A stretch of 64,000 bases of DNA, from the NCBI GenBank assembly GCA_963814585.1, contig CAWFDF010000009.1:224001-288000 (forward strand), given 5' to 3'. Below are positions 55,942-64,000 of the stretch, piece by piece. Source of the DNA: an uncultured delta proteobacterium. Lineage in GTDB: Bacteria; Myxococcota; Myxococcia; Myxococcales; Anaeromyxobacteraceae. The translations under genes were made by a program, and so were the position numbers. The stretch's first letter is position 1, and every line of letters begins with the position of its first letter. Below the pieces are notes generated by a model, which did no database searches, had not been told where the DNA came from, and was given only the letters and a program-made list of their open reading frames with translations.

Positions 55942-58577
55942 GCCGGCTCCTCTTCCCCCTCGCCGTCGCTGGGCGCGGTCTCCACCGGCGCGGCCAGCTC
56001 GCCGCCCGGCTCCTCCACCCCGGCGGCGGCGGCCTCCGGGCTGGTCTCGGCGACGCGGGCCACGCCCACCACCTGCTCCTCCTTCGACTCGAGGGTGATG
56101 AGCCGGACGCCCTGGGTGTTGCGCCCGATGACGCTGATGCCGCTGGCCGCCATGCGGATGAGCATGCCGGCGTTGGTGATGAGCATGACCTCCTCGGTGT
56201 CGAGGACGCGGGTGGCGGCCACCACCGGCCCGTTCCGCTCCGAGGTCTTGATGGTGATGAGCCCCTTGCCGCCCCGGCTCTGCAGCCGGTACTCGGCGAG
56301 CTCGGTCCGCTTGCCGTAGCCGTTGCGGGTGATGGTGAGGATGGTCGGCAGCGGCGCGCCCTCGGCCGGCGCCGGCAGCACCTCGGCCGCCACCACCTCG
56401 TCGCCCTCGTCCAGGGTGATGCCCTTGACGCCGTAGGCGGTCCGCCCGGTGGCGCGGGCGTCCGCCTCCTCGAAGCGGATGGCCATGCCCTGCGCGGTGG
56501 ACAGCAGCAGGTGGTCGCCGGCGCTGGTGAGCCGCGCCGAGATCAGCTCGTCGCCGTCCTCGATGCCCAGCGCGATGATGCCGGTGGCGCGCGGGCGCGA
56601 GAAGGCGTCGAGCCGGGTCTTCTTGACCAGGCCGCGCCGGGTGGCCATGGAGACGTGCTCGCCGCTCCCCTTCTCCTCCACCTCCTCGGCCCCCTCGGCC
56701 TCCTCGCCCCCGGGCGGATCGGGGAGCCGGCGCACCGGCAGGATGGCGGCCACCTTCTCGCCTGGCGCCATCTGGACCAGGTTGACGATGGGCTTGCCGC
56801 GGGCGGCCCGCCCGGCCTGGGGGATCTCGTGGACCTTGAGCCAGTAGACCCGGCCGCGGTCGGAGAAGACCAGCACGTAGCTGTGGGTCGAGGCGGTGAA
56901 GAGGCTCTCGAGGAAGTCCTCCTCGCGGGTGGCGGCGCCGGTCTTCCCCTTCCCGCCCCGCTTCTGGGCGCGGTAGAGGCTGACCGGGTTGCGCTTCACG
57001 TAGCCGAGGTGCGAGACGGTGACCACCATCTCCTCCTCGGCGATCAGGTCCTCGGTGGAGAGGTCGGCGGTCTCGCCCTGGATCTCGGTGCGCCGCTCGT
57101 CGCCGAAGAGGTCCTTGACCTCCAGGAGCTCGGCGGTGATGACCTCGAGCAGCACCTTCTCGTTGGCCAGGATCTCCTTCAGCCGGGTGATGAGCGCCTG
57201 CACCTCGGCGAGCTCGTCGAGGATCTTCTGCCGCTCCAGGCCGGTGAGCCGCTGCAGCTGCATCTCCAGGATGGCCTTGGCCTGCAGCTCGGAGAGGCCG
57301 AAGGTGGCGATCAGGCCGAGGCGGGCCGCCTCGCGATCGCCGGCCTTCTTGATGAGCTCGATGATCTCGTCGATGTGGTCGAGCGCGATCCGAAGCCCGA
57401 GCAGGATGTGCTCGCGGGCCCGCGCCTGCTTCAGGTCGTGGCGGGTCCGGCGCGTCACCACGTCGCGGCGGTGGGCCAGGAAGCGCTCCAGCACCGACTT
57501 CAGGTCGAGGATGCGCGGCTGGCCGGCGTCGATGGCCAGCAGCGTGACCCCGAAGCCGACCTGCATGTCGGTGTGGAGGTAGAGGTTGTTGAGCACCACC
57601 TGGGCCATGGCGTCGCGCTTCAGCTCGATGACGATGCGCATCCCCTCGCGGCTCGACTCGTCGCGCAGGTCGCTGATCCCCTCGAGGCGCTTCTCGCGGA
57701 CCAGGTCGGCGATCTTCTCCACCAGCCTGGCCTTGTTGACCTGGTAGGGGATCTCGGTGACGACGATGGCCTCGCGCTCGGTCTTGGGGTGGACCTCGAC
57801 GCTGGCCCGGGCCCGCACCTGGATGTTGCCGCGCCCCTCCTCGTAGGTCTTCCTGATCCCGTCGCGGCCGAGGATGATGCCGGCGGTGGGGAAGTCGGGG
57901 CCGGGGATGAAGCGCATCAGCTCGGTCACCGTCGCCCGGGGGTGATGGACGAGGTGGACCACCGCGTCGATCACCTCGTTCATGTTGTGGGGCGGGATGT
58001 TGGTGGCCATGCCGACGGCGATGCCGGAGGAGCCGTTGACCAGCAGGTTGGGGAAGCGGGTCGGCATGACCAGCGGCTCGACGGTGGTGTCGTCGAAGTT
58101 GGGCCCCCACTCGACGGTCTCCTTGTCGATGTCGGCCAGCAGCCAGTCGGCCAGCTTCTCCAGCCTCGACTCGGTGTAGCGGTAGGCGGCGGCCGGATCG
58201 CCGTCGACCGAGCCGAAGTTGCCCTGGCCGTCGATGAGCGGATAGCGGAGGTTCCAGTCCTGCACCAGCCGGACCAGCGCGTCGTAGACCGAGGCGTCGC
58301 CGTGCGGGTGGTACTTCTTGAGGACCTCGCCGACCACGCCGGCGCACTTCGAGTAGCGCTTGTTGTGGTGCAGCCCCTCGGTGTGCATCGCGTAGAGGAT
58401 GCGGCGGTGGACCGGCTTCAGGCCGTCGCGCACGTCGGGGAGCGCGCGGCCGATGATCACCGACATCGAGTAGTCGAGATACGACTTGCGCATCTCGTCT
58501 TCGATGTTCACCTGGGCCCGGTGCGGGTCGGCCGGGGGCGGCGGCGGCGCGGGCGGTGGCAGGGTCTCGTCGGGCAT
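55938..58577 (-). CDS. gyrA: DNA gyrase subunit A
   Basis: [26 protein letters not shown], GyrA-box [10 protein letters not shown], acidic tail. Confidence 0.97.
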   Translation of the reverse strand: MPDETLPPPAPPPPPADPHRAQVNIEDEMRKSYLDYSMSVIIGRALPDVRDGLKPVHRRILYAMHTEGLHHNKRYSKCAGVVGEVLKKYHPHGDASVYDALVRLVQDWNLRYPLIDGQGNFGSVDGDPAAAYRYTESRLEKLADWLLADIDKETVEWGPNFDDTTVEPLVMPTRFPNLLVNGSSGIAVGMATNIPPHNMNEVIDAVVHLVHHPRATVTELMRFIPGPDFPTAGIILGRDGIRKTYEEGRGNIQVRARASVEVHPKTEREAIVVTEIPYQVNKARLVEKIADLVREKRLEGISDLRDESSREGMRIVIELKRDAMAQVVLNNLYLHTDMQVGFGVTLLAIDAGQPRILDLKSVLERFLAHRRDVVTRRTRHDLKQARAREHILLGLRIALDHIDEIIELIKKAGDREAARLGLIATFGLSELQAKAILEMQLQRLTGLERQKILDELAEVQALITRLKEILANEKVLLEVITAELLEVKDLFGDERRTEIQGETADLSTEDLIAEEEMVVTVSHLGYVKRNPVSLYRAQKRGGKGKTGAATREEDFLESLFTASTHSYVLVFSDRGRVYWLKVHEIPQAGRAARGKPIVNLVQMAPGEKVAAILPVRRLPDPPGGEEAEGAEEVEEKGSGEHVSMATRRGLVKKTRLDAFSRPRATGIIALGIEDGDELISARLTSAGDHLLLSTAQGMAIRFEEADARATGRTAYGVKGITLDEGDEVVAAEVLPAPAEGAPLPTILTITRNGYGKRTELAEYRLQSRGGKGLITIKTSERNGPVVAATRVLDTEEVMLITNAGMLIRMAASGISVIGRNTQGVRLITLESKEEQVVGVARVAETSPEAAAAGVEEPGGELAAPVETAPSDGEGEEEPA

Positions 58578-58639
58578 CGTGATCGGGCTCTCTCGCGGGC
58601 CACGCGGGCGTGGCCCGATGGGGCCCGTGGCGAGCCTTG

Positions 58640-58668
58640 GTTGTAGCCGAGAAACCCAGTCAACTCAA
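58640..58668 (-). promoter_or_regulatory. Candidate gyrA promoter
   Basis: TTGAGT-N17-TACAAC. Confidence 0.4.
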
Positions 58669-58701
58669 CGCGGTTGGCCCGTTTCCGGGGGCCGCGGCGG
58701 G

Positions 58702-59100
58702 CTACTTCCCGGCGATGCCGATGCGGGCCGCGGCGCGGCGCACCCGCGCCTCTTCCTCGGCGTGGCTGCGATCGTCGGCGGTGAGCTTCTTCAGCTTCTC
58801 CCGGGCGTCGGCGAGGGCGCGCTGGGCGCGGTCGAGGTCGATGTCGGAGGCCGCCTCGGCGCTGTCGGCCAGCACGATCACCTTGTCGTCGGCGACCTGC
58901 AGGAACCCGCCGCCGATGGCGAAGTGGTGCTCGCGCCCGCCCTCGACGTAGCTGAGCCGGCCGGGCTCGAGCGCGCTCATGAAGCTGGTGTGGCCGCGGC
59001 GGATGCCGAAGCCGCCCTGGACGCCGGGGGCCCGCACCTCGTCGCAGGTGACGGACAGGACGCGCCGCTCCGGCGTGACGATGTCGAGGGTGAGCGCCAT
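58702..59100 (-). CDS. atpC: ATP synthase F1 epsilon
   Basis: LDIVTPER, GIRRGH, GGFLQV. Confidence 0.96.
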   Translation of the reverse strand: MALTLDIVTPERRVLSVTCDEVRAPGVQGGFGIRRGHTSFMSALEPGRLSYVEGGREHHFAIGGGFLQVADDKVIVLADSAEAASDIDLDRAQRALADAREKLKKLTADDRSHAEEEARVRRAAARIGIAGK

Positions 59101-59103
59101 CGG

Positions 59104-61444
<2,341 letters not shown>

Positions 61445-61480
61445 GTGCGTCCTCGTTCGGGCCGGGAGGGACGACCCCGG

Positions 61481-63007
<1,527 letters not shown>

Positions 63008-63042
63008 TGCGATCTGTCTCCGGGGGGTCCGAAAGGGCGTGG

Positions 63043-63582
63043 CTACCGCTTCAGGGTGCTGCGCAGGTCCTCGAGCTGGGTGCGGAGCGAGCCGTCGTAG
63101 ACGACGCTCCCCACCTGCGCCACGACACCGCCGAGGAGGGCGGGATCGACGGCGCGTTCGACGAGCACCTTCTTCTGGGTGGCGGCCGAGAGCTTCTCGG
63201 CGATGGCCTGGATGGCGGCGTCGTCGAGCGGCACGGCGCTGGTGACCCTGGCGCGCAGCCGGCCCAGCTCGACGTCGGCCAGCTCGCGGTAGGCCCCGAC
63301 GATGGCCGAGAGGCCGGCGAGCCGGTTCCGCTCGCCGAGCAGGTGCAGCAGCGCGGCGGGCTCGGCCTCCAGCTGGAGGGATTCGGCCAGCCGGGACACC
63401 ACGGCGGCGCGGGCCTCCCGCCCGTAGGCCGGGTTCTGCAGCACGTCGCGCAGCTCCGGCGACGCGTCCACGGCCCGCCCGATGGCGAGCAGGCTCTCGC
63501 CCCAGGGCTCGATGCGGTTCTTCTCGACGGCGAGGCTGAAGAGCGCCTTGGCGTAGCGGCGGGCGATGGACCCAAGGATCAT
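63043..63582 (-). CDS. atpH: ATP synthase F1 delta
   Basis: [30 protein letters not shown]. Confidence 0.96.
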   Translation of the reverse strand: MILGSIARRYAKALFSLAVEKNRIEPWGESLLAIGRAVDASPELRDVLQNPAYGREARAAVVSRLAESLQLEAEPAALLHLLGERNRLAGLSAIVGAYRELADVELGRLRARVTSAVPLDDAAIQAIAEKLSAATQKKVLVERAVDPALLGGVVAQVGSVVYDGSLRTQLEDLRSTLKR

Positions 63583-63661
63583 AAGGGGAGCGCTCCGTAG
63601 CACGGGCCCCACCTGGTGGTCAAGGGCGATTGGTCCAATGTTCCGAGCACTTGGAGCGTGT

Positions 63662-63689
63662 TTGACAAGCGTCTGCGCCTGCTTACCTT
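63662..63689 (+). promoter_or_regulatory. Candidate hsp20 promoter
   Basis: TTGACA-N16-TACCTT; strong AGGAGG RBS at 63714-63719. Confidence 0.45.
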
Positions 63690-63728
63690 GCGGGCGTCTG
63701 GCGCGATGCCAAAAGGAGGAAAAAAATC

Positions 63729-64000
63729 ATGGCGATGCTCACTCGGTACGACCCATTCAGGGATCTGTTCAGGCTCCAGGACGTGCTCGGCCGCACCTTC
63801 GACGACCGCGTCGGCCTGCCCACCAGCGAGTCGGTCGGCTGGGCCCCGGCGTGCGACATCTTCGAGGACGGCGACGGCGTGACGGTCCGCTTCGAGCTGG
63901 CCGGCGTCGACCCGAAGGACGTCGACATCCGCTTCGAGAACGGCGTGCTCACCATGCGTGGCGAGCGGAAGCTGGAGAAGGAGGACAAGAAGGAGAACTA
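63729..64000 (+). CDS. Hsp20/alpha-crystallin small heat-shock protein (partial, runs off the window)
   Basis: Hand translation MAMLTRYDPFRDLFRLQ...WAPACDIFED...ELAGVDPKDVDIRFENGVLTMRGERK. Confidence 0.93.
   Translation, partial: MAMLTRYDPFRDLFRLQDVLGRTFDDRVGLPTSESVGWAPACDIFEDGDGVTVRFELAGVDPKDVDIRFENGVLTMRGERKLEKEDKKEN

Noticed and set aside
63640..63670. CIRCE or HAIR operator upstream of hsp20
   Set aside because: Only partial matches (GAGCACT; CTTG...CAAG) with wrong spacing and no matching second arm

Overview
Very GC-rich chromosomal window from a myxobacterium. An Anaeromyxobacter-like Myxococcota organism is inferred from the aglRQS, dif and sofG orthologues. In order, it contains: (1) a polysaccharide locus (wzc-like, O-antigen ligase/TPR, fcl, gmd, GT2-methyltransferase fusion, degenerate nucleotidyltransferase, ugd) interrupted by three toxin-antitoxin-like modules; (2) a Lon N-domain gene, hppA and the aglRQS gliding motor; (3) an apparent superoperon sofG-HK-thiL-difACDEG-larBC; (4) a sensor kinase and a repeat-flanked small secreted protein; (5) TPR-hrcA-grpE-dnaK-dnaJ-lpoA-like-dinG; (6) mfd, three PPIases, pdxA and ychF; (7) a split ATP synthase, with F0 and F1 separated by hemL, a TPR gene and gyrA; (8) the start of an hsp20 gene. 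Many genes, including dnaK, carry small frameshifts that most likely reflect unpolished sequence rather than real pseudogenes. The most interesting non-standard signals are: a wHTH + DUF6036-like nucleotidyltransferase cassette with a perfect 23-bp operator, flanked by exact 24-bp direct repeats of the host gene's 3' end and with no recombinase in the window; a dispersed TACTCT(G/C)GGT(C/G)GGG repeat family that brackets a small gene; and a 113-bp MITE-like fold-back element after mfd. No rRNA, tRNA, CRISPR array or transposase was seen. All family assignments come from motif recognition by eye, not database searches.
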